Source: Candidatus Poribacteria bacterium
GTDB lineage: Bacteria; Poribacteria; WGA-4E; WGA-3G
NCBI GenBank assembly: GCA_965242965.1
Contig: OZ251518.1
Span: 4,288,001 to 4,352,000 of the forward strand
Direction: 5' to 3'
DNA length: 64,000 nucleotides
Shown here: positions 28,770 to 38,300 of the stretch, piece by piece
Numbering within the stretch: position 1 is the stretch's first letter
How the letters are laid out: each line of letters begins with the position of its first letter
Notes under the pieces: model-generated
What the model saw: only the letters and a program-made list of their open reading frames with translations
Told to the model about the DNA's origin: nothing
Database searches by the model: none
Made by a program: the position numbers and the translations under genes

Positions 28770-29693
28770 TTGGCGATGACTCTCAACCTCAAGGTAGAAA
28801 ATCTGTCGCATACGTATGGCACACGGCGCGCGCTGGAGAGTGTGAGCTTTACCGTGGCAAGCGGCGAGGTTTTCTGCCTCCTCGGCCCAAACGGCAGCGG
28901 GAAAACAACGCTGTTTAGAATTTTGTCCACGCTGCTGCGGCCAACATCCGGTCGCGTGCTTATCCTCGGACATGAATTAGCAACCGAGGCCAAGGCAATT
29001 CGGGAACTGCTAGGCGTTGTTTTCCAGCATCCGGGGTTAGATGCGAAACTGACGGTGCGCGAGAATTTGCGGCATCAGGGACATCTCTACGGACTTGCCG
29101 GCAAGCCGCTGCGCAATCGCATCGCTGAACTTCTGGAACGCTTCGGCGTAGCAGATAGGATAGACGAACGCGTGGAGGTATTGTCCGGCGGTTTACAACG
29201 GCGGGTTGAGATTGCGAAGGCGATTTTGCATTCCCCGCGCGTTTTGCTCCTTGACGAACCGAGCAGCGGGTTAGACGTGAGCGCGCGACTGCAACTACGC
29301 GACGTTCTGAAGACGCTCGCGGAGACAGAAAACATTCTCGTGCTGTTGACAACGCATCTCTTGGATGAGGCGGAGGCATGCACCCGAATCGGTATTCTTG
29401 ATGTAGGAGAACTCGTTGCCCTCGGCGACCCGGAAGAATTGAAGACGCTGATCGGCGGCGATGTTGTTTACATAGATAGCACAAGCCGGGAAACCCTCTA
29501 TCCCGAAATCGTCCAACGGTTTGGGGTTTCGCCGGTGCTTACCGATAGTCACCTGCGCGTTGAATGTGAACGGGGACACGAGTTTGCCAAAGACGTGGTG
29601 ACCGCGTTTCCTGACGAGATTCAGGCGGTGCGGTTTGGGAAACCGACGCTTGAAGATGTCTTCATCAAATTGACAGGAAATCGGTTTGAGTAG
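28770..29693 (+). CDS. ABC-2 type transporter ATP-binding protein
   Basis: GPNGSGKT, LSGG, LLLDEP, TTH, PTLEDVF. Confidence 0.93.
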   Translation: MAMTLNLKVENLSHTYGTRRALESVSFTVASGEVFCLLGPNGSGKTTLFRILSTLLRPTSGRVLILGHELATEAKAIRELLGVVFQHPGLDAKLTVRENLRHQGHLYGLAGKPLRNRIAELLERFGVADRIDERVEVLSGGLQRRVEIAKAILHSPRVLLLDEPSSGLDVSARLQLRDVLKTLAETENILVLLTTHLLDEAEACTRIGILDVGELVALGDPEELKTLIGGDVVYIDSTSRETLYPEIVQRFGVSPVLTDSHLRVECERGHEFAKDVVTAFPDEIQAVRFGKPTLEDVFIKLTGNRFE

Positions 29694-29705
29694 AGGAACA
29701 ACGCT

Positions 29706-30500
29706 GTGCCGACGAGTTTGCTACCGGTACTGACAATATGGTGGCGTGAAATCGTGCGATTTTACCGTCAGCGAAGCCGACTTTTCAGTGCCATCGCGCA
29801 GCCGTTGGTATTTTGGCTCCTCATCGGAAGTGGGCTGAGTGCCTCGTTTCAACCAGCGGGTGCTTCGGAGACAGACTACCTTGCATACTTTTATCCCGGC
29901 ATCGTCGTTTTAGTCGTGCTTTTTACGGCGATTTTCGCAACAATATCTGTTGTGAACGACAGACGCGAGGGGTTCTTGCAAGGCGTGCTCGTTTCACCGG
30001 TGCCGCGATGGCGCATTGTCCTCGGACAGGCGTTAGGCGGCACAACGCTGGCACTCTTGCAAGGGATACTGCTCCTGGCACTAGCACCCTTCGCCGGGGT
30101 CCGACTCGGCGTTGCATCGGTGATTTTGACTATCGGCGTGCTGGCACTCTTAGCGTTCGGTTTGACAAACCTTGGACTGCTGATGGCATGGCGAATGGAC
30201 TCAACGCAGGGGTTTCATGCGATTATGAACCTACTGCTGATTCCGATTTGGCTGCTGTCGGGTGCATTCTTCCCGAGTGCCGGGGCACCCGGGTGGCTGG
30301 CATGGACGATGCGCCTGAACCCGTTAACTTATGGGCTCGCCGCACTCCGAAAGTGTCTCTATTTTGATACCGCAAGCGCAGTCGGTGCCGGCCCTTCGTG
30401 GACGCTTTCTGTGCTGATTACATCGCTATTTTGTATTTTGACATACGTGGGCGCGACCTTTACAGCTGCCTCGCAAGCAGGCAAAGGCGCGGCAAAATGA
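29706..30500 (+). CDS. ABC-2 type transporter permease
   Basis: Six TM helices, DRREGFL..VLVSP, LSGAFFP, NPLTY. Confidence 0.9.
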   Translation: MPTSLLPVLTIWWREIVRFYRQRSRLFSAIAQPLVFWLLIGSGLSASFQPAGASETDYLAYFYPGIVVLVVLFTAIFATISVVNDRREGFLQGVLVSPVPRWRIVLGQALGGTTLALLQGILLLALAPFAGVRLGVASVILTIGVLALLAFGLTNLGLLMAWRMDSTQGFHAIMNLLLIPIWLLSGAFFPSAGAPGWLAWTMRLNPLTYGLAALRKCLYFDTASAVGAGPSWTLSVLITSLFCILTYVGATFTAASQAGKGAAK

Positions 30501-30559
30501 GGATGACTGGCGGTTTCCTTACAGTCGTCTTCACAATTGAAATCGAAAAGGAGGACCGA

Positions 30560-31225
30560 ATGCTTCAATGGCTTCCAGAGAACGTATCAACGTTCGGGCA
30601 AGGTGTTGATAGCCTCTTCCACGGCATTTATTATTTGACACTTGTTGTCTTCATCCTTGTGATGGCAACGCTGATTGTCTTCCTGATTAAATATCGGCAT
30701 CGGGAAGGACATAAGGCTACCTACATCGAGGGGAGCACAACGCTTGAAATCGTCTGGACAGCGGCGACAACGGTGATTGTCTTTGGGCTCGCGATGCTCA
30801 GTTATCCGCAATGGAACAAGATTAAATCGCCGCACGAATTCCCCGATAATCCAGAAATCCTCGTCCAAGTCAACGGGAAGCAGTTCAACTGGGATATGAC
30901 GTATCCCGGTCCGGACAATGAACTGGGTACCGACGATGACCTGGAATTAGAAAACGAATTGCATGTGCCGGTTAACGCGGTGGTGCATATCCGCTTAACC
31001 GCCGAGGATGTCATCCACAGTTTTTTTGTCCCGCAGTTGCGGCTGAAACAAGACGCGCTGCCGAACCGGTTCATCGATGTCTGGTTTGAGGCTACGAAGG
31101 CTGGCCGGTATGAAATTCCGTGTGCAGAACTGTGCGGCTTCGGGCACTCTGGGATGCTCGGGTATCTCAACGTGCATTCACGGGCAGACTACGAGGCCTG
31201 GGTAAAAGAACGGTGGCCTCAGTAG
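30560..31225 (+). CDS. coxB: Cytochrome c oxidase subunit II
   Basis: LEIVWT, DVIHSF, CAELCGFGHSGM CuA motif; no fused cytochrome c. Confidence 0.95.
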   Translation: MLQWLPENVSTFGQGVDSLFHGIYYLTLVVFILVMATLIVFLIKYRHREGHKATYIEGSTTLEIVWTAATTVIVFGLAMLSYPQWNKIKSPHEFPDNPEILVQVNGKQFNWDMTYPGPDNELGTDDDLELENELHVPVNAVVHIRLTAEDVIHSFFVPQLRLKQDALPNRFIDVWFEATKAGRYEIPCAELCGFGHSGMLGYLNVHSRADYEAWVKERWPQ

Positions 31226-31270
31226 GTTCTGTAGCCGCGACCGGCCGGTCGCGAAGGGAGAAACATAACG

Positions 31271-33097
31271 ATGCACGATAACGAACATGCGTCACATCAT
31301 CACGAAGAAAGTTTTATTAGCAAATACCTCTTCTCGCTGGACCACAAGACTATCGGCAAGCAGTTCCTCATCTACGGACTGATAATGTTCTTCGTCGGCG
31401 GGGGGCTCGCGCTGCTCTTTCGATGGCAGCTCGCTTATCCCGAAAGACCGGTGCCTATCATCGGTGCCTCCGAAAAATACATGGAAGAAGGCGAAGTCGT
31501 CACCGGGGCCGACAGAATGTGGGAGCGGATTTACGACTCTGACGAGGAAGAATGGCTTGAGGTAACCATGCCGAACGGTGTCATCGAACCGGCATTTTAC
31601 AACATGCTGTTTACGATGCATGCCACTATCATGGTATTCTTCGTCGTCGTGCCGATTTTAGTCGGCGCGTTCGGCAATTTCCTCATCCCGCTTATGATTG
31701 GCACGCGGGACATGGCGTTTCCTATACTCAACATGCTATCCTTCTGGCTCGCCGTGCTAGCAGCCATTGTCATGGCAATCGGGTTTTTTGTTCCCGGGGG
31801 CCATGCAGCAGCGGGATGGACAGGCTACGCGCCGCTCTCGTCGGACCCGCAGTGGACAGGCGTTGACTGGGGGCAAAACCTCTGGGCAATCAGTTTACTG
31901 ATTCAGGGATTCTCATCGCTCGTCGGTTCAATTAACTACATCACGACAATTATCAACATGCGTGCGCCGGGCATGACGTTGTTCCGGATGCCGCTCGTCA
32001 TCTGGTCCTTGTTCATCGTCGCGATTCTGTTGTTGCTAGCGTTCCCTGTGCTTTCCTCCGCGCTGGCACTGCTCATCTTTGATAGGCTTGCCGGAACAAC
32101 GTTCTTCACGGCGACAGCGGAAGGTGGCGGAGACCCGTTGCTCTGGCAGCATCTGTTCTGGTTCTTCGGGCACCCCGAGGTCTACATCCTCATTTTACCG
32201 GGGATGGGCATCGCTTCCGAATTGATTCCCGTGTTCTCACGGAAACCGATTTTCGGATACCGCTCTATGGTATACGCCATGATTGCGATTGCGTTTTTAG
32301 GGTGGATTGTTTGGGGACACCACATGTTCCAGAGCGGCATGCAACCGGTTTTGGGTTCCGCGTTTATGACGACAACGATGCTCATCGCCGTGCCATCGGC
32401 GATTAAGACGTTTAACTGGCTCGGCACGATGTATAAAGGTTCAATCCAATTTACGTCGCCGATGCTTCACTCCATCGCCTTTGTCTCAATGTTTGTGATT
32501 GGTGGGCTGAGCGGCATCTATATGGCGAACACACCGGTGGACATTTTCATTCACGATACCTACTACATCGTCGCGCATATCCACTACGTCGTCTTCGGCG
32601 GAAGTCTGTTCGCTATATTCGGTGGTATCATCTTTTGGTTCCCGAAGATGTATGGCCGCTATATGAACGACATGCTGAACAAAATCCATTTTTGGCTGAC
32701 CTTCGTGGCGTTCAACTGCACCTTCTTCCCGATGCACATTCTGGGTGTCGGCGGGCACATGCGGCGTATCTCCAACCCGATGCAGTATGAATTCCTGCAA
32801 GGGTTTGAAGGGATGAACATCTTTATCACGATGAGCGCGTTCACGCTGGGCGCGGCGCAGCTCATTTTGGTGTTCAACTTTTTCTGGAGCATCTCGCGCG
32901 GCAAAGTTGCAGAGCAGAATCCGTGGCATGTTAACACGCTGGAATGGGAGGCACCCACACCGGTGCCGCACGGCAATTTCGTTGGGCCAGTCCCGACGGT
33001 TTACCGCGGTCCCTATGAATACAGCGTGCCGGGCGAAGAATCGGATTGGATTCCGCAAGCGCAACCCGAACATGCACCTGCAACAGGTGGCGATTAA
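31271..33097 (+). CDS. coxA: Cytochrome c oxidase subunit I, A1 type
   Basis: DHKTIG, TMHATIM, WFFGHPEVY, WGHHM, HDTYYIVAHIHY. Confidence 0.97.
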   Translation: MHDNEHASHHHEESFISKYLFSLDHKTIGKQFLIYGLIMFFVGGGLALLFRWQLAYPERPVPIIGASEKYMEEGEVVTGADRMWERIYDSDEEEWLEVTMPNGVIEPAFYNMLFTMHATIMVFFVVVPILVGAFGNFLIPLMIGTRDMAFPILNMLSFWLAVLAAIVMAIGFFVPGGHAAAGWTGYAPLSSDPQWTGVDWGQNLWAISLLIQGFSSLVGSINYITTIINMRAPGMTLFRMPLVIWSLFIVAILLLLAFPVLSSALALLIFDRLAGTTFFTATAEGGGDPLLWQHLFWFFGHPEVYILILPGMGIASELIPVFSRKPIFGYRSMVYAMIAIAFLGWIVWGHHMFQSGMQPVLGSAFMTTTMLIAVPSAIKTFNWLGTMYKGSIQFTSPMLHSIAFVSMFVIGGLSGIYMANTPVDIFIHDTYYIVAHIHYVVFGGSLFAIFGGIIFWFPKMYGRYMNDMLNKIHFWLTFVAFNCTFFPMHILGVGGHMRRISNPMQYEFLQGFEGMNIFITMSAFTLGAAQLILVFNFFWSISRGKVAEQNPWHVNTLEWEAPTPVPHGNFVGPVPTVYRGPYEYSVPGEESDWIPQAQPEHAPATGGD

Positions 33098-33149
33098 AGG
33101 TTTTTGTAAGGGTGGATTTCTATATCCACCCGCACTCTAGAGCATCTCC

Positions 33150-34100
33150 ATGAGAACGCACGAGCAGACATCAGAAAATCCTTATAGTCCGTGGCTGCAT
33201 CGGTTCGCACGCCTCGCGGTGGGCGCAACCTTCCTGCTGATTGTCATCGGCGGCATTGTCACTAGCACCGAATCCGGTCTGGCTGTCCCCGATTGGCCGA
33301 CGACGTTCGGATACAACATGTTCCTGTATCCGTTGTCGGAGATGGTAGGCGGCGTGCTTTATGAGCATAGCCACCGGCTCATGGGTTCGCTAGTTGGGCT
33401 GCTGACGGTAGGGCTCTTCATCATGGTAGTGGTGAAAGATTCGCGCACGTGGCTCCGATGGCTCGGTTTCATCGCCTTAATCGGCGTGATTGTGCAAGGA
33501 GTCCTCGGCGGGCTTCGGGTGACGCAGCTCTCGCTTTTCCTTGCGATGGTGCATGCCTGTCTTGCGCAAGCGTTTTTCGCATTGCTGTGTGGAATTGCGT
33601 GGTGGACATCCCGCGAAGCGCGCTTGGAAATCGCGCCTACCGGGGAGCAAAATGGCGAGGGACGTAAGTTACGGCGGTTAAGCCTGATAACGACATGCCT
33701 GATTTACGTTCAACTGATTTTTGGCGCGATTTTGCGACACACCGGGAATCGATTGGATGCGCACCTGCTGTTCGCCTTTTTGGTAACACTCCATATCTTC
33801 CTTTTGGCAAGGCGGATGTGGCAAGCAGAGACTGCAACGCCTCTCAAAAGCGAACCTACCGTATTAGTGGGCCTCTTGGCTGTCCAACTCATGCTCGGCA
33901 CCGGGGCGTTTCTTGTGAAACTCACCGCGCTCGGCGAAACGGTGTCCACATGGCTCACGGTAGCGATAACTACCGGGCATGTGGCAGTCGGCGCGCTGAT
34001 GCTGGTTACCAGTTTCGTGTTAACCTTGAAGATTTACCGGCACACAGCCGTGCCAACGACTGAGGCCTCCGCTACGCCGGCCCATGGAGAACTCGTTTGA
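33150..34100 (+). CDS. ctaA: Heme A synthase (COX15/CtaA)
   Basis: SGLAVPDWP, YEHSHR, QGVLGGLRV, conserved His residues. Confidence 0.9.
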   Translation: MRTHEQTSENPYSPWLHRFARLAVGATFLLIVIGGIVTSTESGLAVPDWPTTFGYNMFLYPLSEMVGGVLYEHSHRLMGSLVGLLTVGLFIMVVVKDSRTWLRWLGFIALIGVIVQGVLGGLRVTQLSLFLAMVHACLAQAFFALLCGIAWWTSREARLEIAPTGEQNGEGRKLRRLSLITTCLIYVQLIFGAILRHTGNRLDAHLLFAFLVTLHIFLLARRMWQAETATPLKSEPTVLVGLLAVQLMLGTGAFLVKLTALGETVSTWLTVAITTGHVAVGALMLVTSFVLTLKIYRHTAVPTTEASATPAHGELV

Positions 34101-35047
34101 GAAAGCGGCCGCAAAACGGAAGAACCATTATGCGCACCACACCAGCGGATTTAGCAAATCAGGTAGACGAACCTGCGCGCAGCACGCTCGCATTGAGTCG
34201 CGCTGCGGATTTCATTGCGTTCGTCAAACCGCGGTTAGTCCTGATGATACTCATCACAACCGCGGCAGGCTTCTATATCGGTTCGCAACAGGCAGTCAAT
34301 TGGCTGCGATGCTTGCATACCCTCATCGGTGCGGGTTTGACTGCCGCCGGTGTGCTAGGGTTGAACCAATATCTTGAGCGCGATATTGACGCGCAGATGA
34401 AGCGGACACAGGACAGACCGCTTCCAGGGGGTAGGATGCTCCCGCTGGTAGCACTGCTTTTCGGTGTGATGCTCACCGGCGGTGGGATGCTCTACCTTAC
34501 CTTCATCGTGAATCCGCTGAGCGGGTTAGTCATTTCGCTCATTGTGGCGAGTTATCTGTTTCTCTACACACCGCTCAAACGGAAAACATCGCTCTGCACG
34601 CTTATCGGTGCGGTGCCGGGGGCATTGCCGCCTGTCGTCGGTTGGGCGGCGGCCCGCGGGACGGTAACGGCGGAAGCATGGGTGCTGTTCGCGATTCTCT
34701 TTTTGTGGCAGCTCCCGCACTCGCTGGCGATTGCCTACATCTACCGCGATGACTATGCAAAGGCGGGACTTCGGTTACTGCCTGTCATCCACCCTGATGG
34801 AGCAAGCACACGGCGGCAGATTGTCATTAACTGCGTCGCGCTGCTTGCGATAGGGTTGCTACCCGCGCTGCTCAGCATCGCCGGCGGAATCTATTTCTTG
34901 ATAGCACTGCTGTCGGGGTTAGCGTTTCTCGCGTTCGGCATCTATTTAGGCGTTGCGCGTTCGGTGCAAGCGGCACGGTATCTGTTATACGCGTCGCTGC
35001 TCTATCTGCCGATAATCTTCATCACGATGGCACTAGATAAGGTTTAA
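34097..35047 (+). CDS. ctaB: Protoheme IX farnesyltransferase (heme O synthase)
   Basis: KPR, NQYLERDID..MKRT..RPLP.G, YTPLKR, GAVPGALPP, WQLPH. Confidence 0.95.
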   Translation: MRKRPQNGRTIMRTTPADLANQVDEPARSTLALSRAADFIAFVKPRLVLMILITTAAGFYIGSQQAVNWLRCLHTLIGAGLTAAGVLGLNQYLERDIDAQMKRTQDRPLPGGRMLPLVALLFGVMLTGGGMLYLTFIVNPLSGLVISLIVASYLFLYTPLKRKTSLCTLIGAVPGALPPVVGWAAARGTVTAEAWVLFAILFLWQLPHSLAIAYIYRDDYAKAGLRLLPVIHPDGASTRRQIVINCVALLAIGLLPALLSIAGGIYFLIALLSGLAFLAFGIYLGVARSVQAARYLLYASLLYLPIIFITMALDKV

Positions 35048-35048
35048 C

Positions 35049-35159
35049 ATGAATACGCCAGACAATCGCACCCGAAATCGCCGCCTCGGCATCACGCTGT
35101 TTTTAGTGTTCGTAGTGCTGGTTATCGTCGCAACTGTGGCGATTATCCGCGGCGGCTGA
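35049..35159 (+). CDS. 36-aa single-TM peptide in the cox operon (absent from the ORF track)
   Basis: MNTPDNRTRNRRLGITLFLVFVVLVIVATVAIIRGG fills the ctaB-coxC gap almost exactly. Confidence 0.65.
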   Translation: MNTPDNRTRNRRLGITLFLVFVVLVIVATVAIIRGG

Positions 35160-35170
35160 GGAGAAACCTG

Positions 35171-35761
35171 ATGTTACGTGATACGCCGGTAGAAGGAAAT
35201 TCTCGTCTGATGAGCAACGCGCGGTTAGGCATTCTAGTCCTACTCGGCGCGGAGATGATGCTGTTTTCGGGGCTTATCGGCGCGTTTCTCGTCTTTCGGA
35301 TGGGGAACATCACCTGGCCGCCGCCATCGCATATTGATATTCAGTTACCCCGCGCGGTGACTGGCATCAATACCGCGTTCTTGCTGCTGAGCGGCTGGAC
35401 GATGTTTCAGGCTCTCCGCGCAATTCAGAAGGACCAGGGGAAGCAACTCCGCAATTGGCTGCTGGTTACCGGCGCGTTAGGATTACTTTTCCTCGGCATC
35501 CAAGGAAGCGAATGGGCACAACTGATTCGCAGCGGCATGACGCTTCAGTCAGGTATCTACGGCGGCATCTTTTATGTGCTAATCGGGTGCCACGCTGTGC
35601 ATGTGGCGGGTGCAGTAATATGGCTGCTCATCGTGCTTGGAATGGCAGTGTCAGGGAGGTTTTCCGCGTCGCATCACGTCGGCGTTGAAACCTGCACTAT
35701 CTATTGGATTTTCGTCGTCGCGCTCTGGCCGATTCTTTACTTCTTGGTGTATCTCGCCTAA
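35171..35761 (+). CDS. coxC: Cytochrome c oxidase subunit III (first copy)
   Basis: E.MLF, NTAFLLLS, FLGIQ..EW, HAVHV, YWIFV. Confidence 0.88.
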   Translation: MLRDTPVEGNSRLMSNARLGILVLLGAEMMLFSGLIGAFLVFRMGNITWPPPSHIDIQLPRAVTGINTAFLLLSGWTMFQALRAIQKDQGKQLRNWLLVTGALGLLFLGIQGSEWAQLIRSGMTLQSGIYGGIFYVLIGCHAVHVAGAVIWLLIVLGMAVSGRFSASHHVGVETCTIYWIFVVALWPILYFLVYLA

Positions 35762-35778
35762 GGCGATGGGAGGCTTTT

Positions 35779-36012
35779 ATGCGATTCGTTTTTTGGGGAG
35801 TTGTCCTGATGCTCGTCGTGCTGATTGTGCCGACGTGTCTTGAGGCATGTCCCGCCTGCAAAGACTTGAAGGAGCCCATCGGAAGAGGTTTTAATTCCAG
35901 TATCTTCTTCATGATGGCAATGCCGTTTACCGTTGTCGCGCTCATCGGCGGGAGTGTTTTCTATCATTACCGGCGTGCAAGCAAAAATCGGGATAAAACG
36001 GGCACGCCTTAG
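35779..36012 (+). CDS. Small membrane protein with CxxC (CPAC) after a signal/TM segment
   Basis: GGAGG RBS; ACPACK followed by a second TM helix. Confidence 0.6.
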   Translation: MRFVFWGVVLMLVVLIVPTCLEACPACKDLKEPIGRGFNSSIFFMMAMPFTVVALIGGSVFYHYRRASKNRDKTGTP

Positions 36013-36160
36013 CCTCCGCGCGGCTGCTAGGGAAATCGAGACCAGGAGGTCTCTCCTACCGGGGAGAGGGGAGAAACCGAATCGTCCTGCGCTGGATTGA
36101 ATAGGTTGGATTTGAAATCCGATATGTGTTAAAATATAAACATGAAAGGAGTTAAATCGA

Positions 36161-36811
36161 GTGGAACACGCTACCACGTTAGAACATACTGAAGACGTAT
36201 ATGAACCGTCGCTTACGCCGGATAGCCTCGGCAAACTCGGCATGTGGATATTCCTCGTCGGGGATACCATGTCGTTCGGGGCATTGCTAGCGGCGTATGC
36301 GGCCGTCCGCGCCGGTGCCGGCGCGATAGGCTGGGTACCGCCGACCGAGATCCTCGGTATCAACCTCACCGCGTTTATGACGTTTCTGCTGATTTGTAGT
36401 AGCGTCACCATGGTGAAGGCGTTGGAAGCCATTCAGAACGGTAACGTTTCCAGAATGTGCACCTTCCTCGGCCTCACGATTGCAGGCGGCGTTATCTTCC
36501 TCGGCCTGCAGGTGTATGAATGGAACGCGCTTATCAAACACGGGTTGACGTTAACCGAAATCCCGCATCACGGGTTATCGGGAGCGGCCATTAGCGGTTC
36601 AACGCTTTTCGGGCCCGCCTTCTATACCATCACGGGGTTTCACGGGTTGCATGTCACCGGCGGTGTCATCTACCTCATCGTTATCCTCATCCACGGGTTG
36701 CGGGGACGGTATACCGCCGAGTTTAACCATGAAGTGGAAATCGTCGGGCTCTATTGGCACTTCGTCGATCTGATTTGGATTATGGTTTTCACCTTTATCT
36801 ATTTGTTGTAG
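36161..36811 (+). CDS. coxC: Cytochrome c oxidase subunit III (second copy)
   Basis: GKLGMWIFL, LICSSVTM, TGFHGLHV, GLYWHFVD. Confidence 0.92.
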   Translation: MEHATTLEHTEDVYEPSLTPDSLGKLGMWIFLVGDTMSFGALLAAYAAVRAGAGAIGWVPPTEILGINLTAFMTFLLICSSVTMVKALEAIQNGNVSRMCTFLGLTIAGGVIFLGLQVYEWNALIKHGLTLTEIPHHGLSGAAISGSTLFGPAFYTITGFHGLHVTGGVIYLIVILIHGLRGRYTAEFNHEVEIVGLYWHFVDLIWIMVFTFIYLL

Positions 36812-36892
36812 GCATCGAGACCGGGAGGTCTCTCCTACCACGGGTATCAAGACCGGGAGGACCTGCCTACCCGATTTAGGAGGACATACATC

Positions 36893-37237
36893 ATGGCAGA
36901 AACGCATCACAAAGAGCACCCGAAATACATGAACATTTTCTGGTGGCTCCTCGGACTCACCATCGTTGAGGTTGTTGTGGCGATACCTGAATACTCCACG
37001 CTGCTCAAAGGCATCTTGCTCATCGGGCTAGCATGCGGCAAGGCGATTTTGGTTGCCAACTATTTCATGCACCTGAAGTTTGAGCGGAAGACGCTGGCAC
37101 TCATCGTCATAACGCCGTTCCTTATCTGCGTTTTTCTCGTTTTCATGCTGATGCCAGACCTGACAGCGGAAAAACGACTTGAGAAATTCGCGCCGCAAAG
37201 TGGGGCAGCGACGAAAGTTATCGATACGTCCCATTAA
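36893..37237 (+). CDS. coxD: Cytochrome c oxidase subunit IV (prokaryotic)
   Basis: LTIVEV, KAILVANYFMHLKFE. Confidence 0.88.
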   Translation: MAETHHKEHPKYMNIFWWLLGLTIVEVVVAIPEYSTLLKGILLIGLACGKAILVANYFMHLKFERKTLALIVITPFLICVFLVFMLMPDLTAEKRLEKFAPQSGAATKVIDTSH

Positions 37238-37295
37238 CGAATAACGAATCCGGTAGGCGCGCTACGAAAGCGCGCCTAGAACGGAGAAAAAAGAG

Positions 37296-37943
37296 ATGAG
37301 TTTACCTAACGAAGGCGAACATCGGAAACTTGATAAAAGCACGCTGTTGTGGGTGCTGTTAGGCGTTGTCATTGTCGGCATCGCGGGCATCAATTTATGG
37401 GCGATGTTTGACAAGCGTTCGGCGGCGATGCCTAAAACGGATGCGGATGAGCATCACCCTTTACCGCTGCAGTTACCTGACTTCGCCTTGACGAATCAGC
37501 AGGGGCAGCCGTTTGGACTGGCAGACCTCGGGGGCAAAATCTGGGTGGCGGATTTCATCTTTACGCACTGCCCGACAATTTGCCCGACAATGACGCTGGA
37601 GATGGCGCGCTTGCAATCCGATTTTGTAGAGAAACCGGTTTACTTCGTCTCATTCTCCGTAGATGCGGAACGCGATACGCCAGAAGTGCTCTCCCGTTAT
37701 GCCGCGCAATACGGTGCAGACGAGAGACGCTGGCACTTCCTCACCGGCGAAAAGGAACGCATCCATCAATTGGCAAAAGAGGGGTTCAGTTTGGCTGCCG
37801 GGCATAGCGGAAGTGACATTTTACATAGCCCACGGTTTGTTCTCGTCACACCGGACGGTGAACTTTACGGCCGCTACGATAGTCGGAGCAAACCCGCGTT
37901 GTTGCGCCTCCGCAGAGACATCAACGCGCTTCTGAGTGAGTGA
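37296..37943 (+). CDS. SCO1/SenC copper chaperone
   Basis: FIFTHCPTICP, SVD.ERDTP, HS. Confidence 0.92.
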   Translation: MSLPNEGEHRKLDKSTLLWVLLGVVIVGIAGINLWAMFDKRSAAMPKTDADEHHPLPLQLPDFALTNQQGQPFGLADLGGKIWVADFIFTHCPTICPTMTLEMARLQSDFVEKPVYFVSFSVDAERDTPEVLSRYAAQYGADERRWHFLTGEKERIHQLAKEGFSLAAGHSGSDILHSPRFVLVTPDGELYGRYDSRSKPALLRLRRDINALLSE

Positions 37944-37988
37944 TACCAAATTGTGTCAAATCGTCTTGCGTCTGTAGGTTGGTGTGAG

Positions 37989-38300
37989 ATGCTAACTAAC
38001 GTTCCGAATCTGCTGATTTCCGTTGCGATTTTTCTGATTCACTTCCCGTTCGGTTTCTATCGCGTCCGATACAAAAAATTCAGTCGCCCGTGGAGCCGGT
38101 GCCTCTACATTCCGATTGTGCTGAATATCGTCATGCGGCGATTTGTTCTCAATTGGGAGTGGAGCACCGCGATGATTTACCTCTGGCCTGCAACGCTGTT
38201 GGCGCATCTCCTCAGTGGATGTTGGGGTTCGCTGCGCAATCGGCCGCATACTGAACACAAAGAGACCAAAAATGCTAAAGAAAATTTACGTTCCCGTTGA
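37989..38300 (+). CDS. Small membrane protein, hypothetical
   Basis: PFG.YR...KFS..W motif, three hydrophobic segments. Confidence 0.6.
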   Translation: MLTNVPNLLISVAIFLIHFPFGFYRVRYKKFSRPWSRCLYIPIVLNIVMRRFVLNWEWSTAMIYLWPATLLAHLLSGCWGSLRNRPHTEHKETKNAKENLRSR

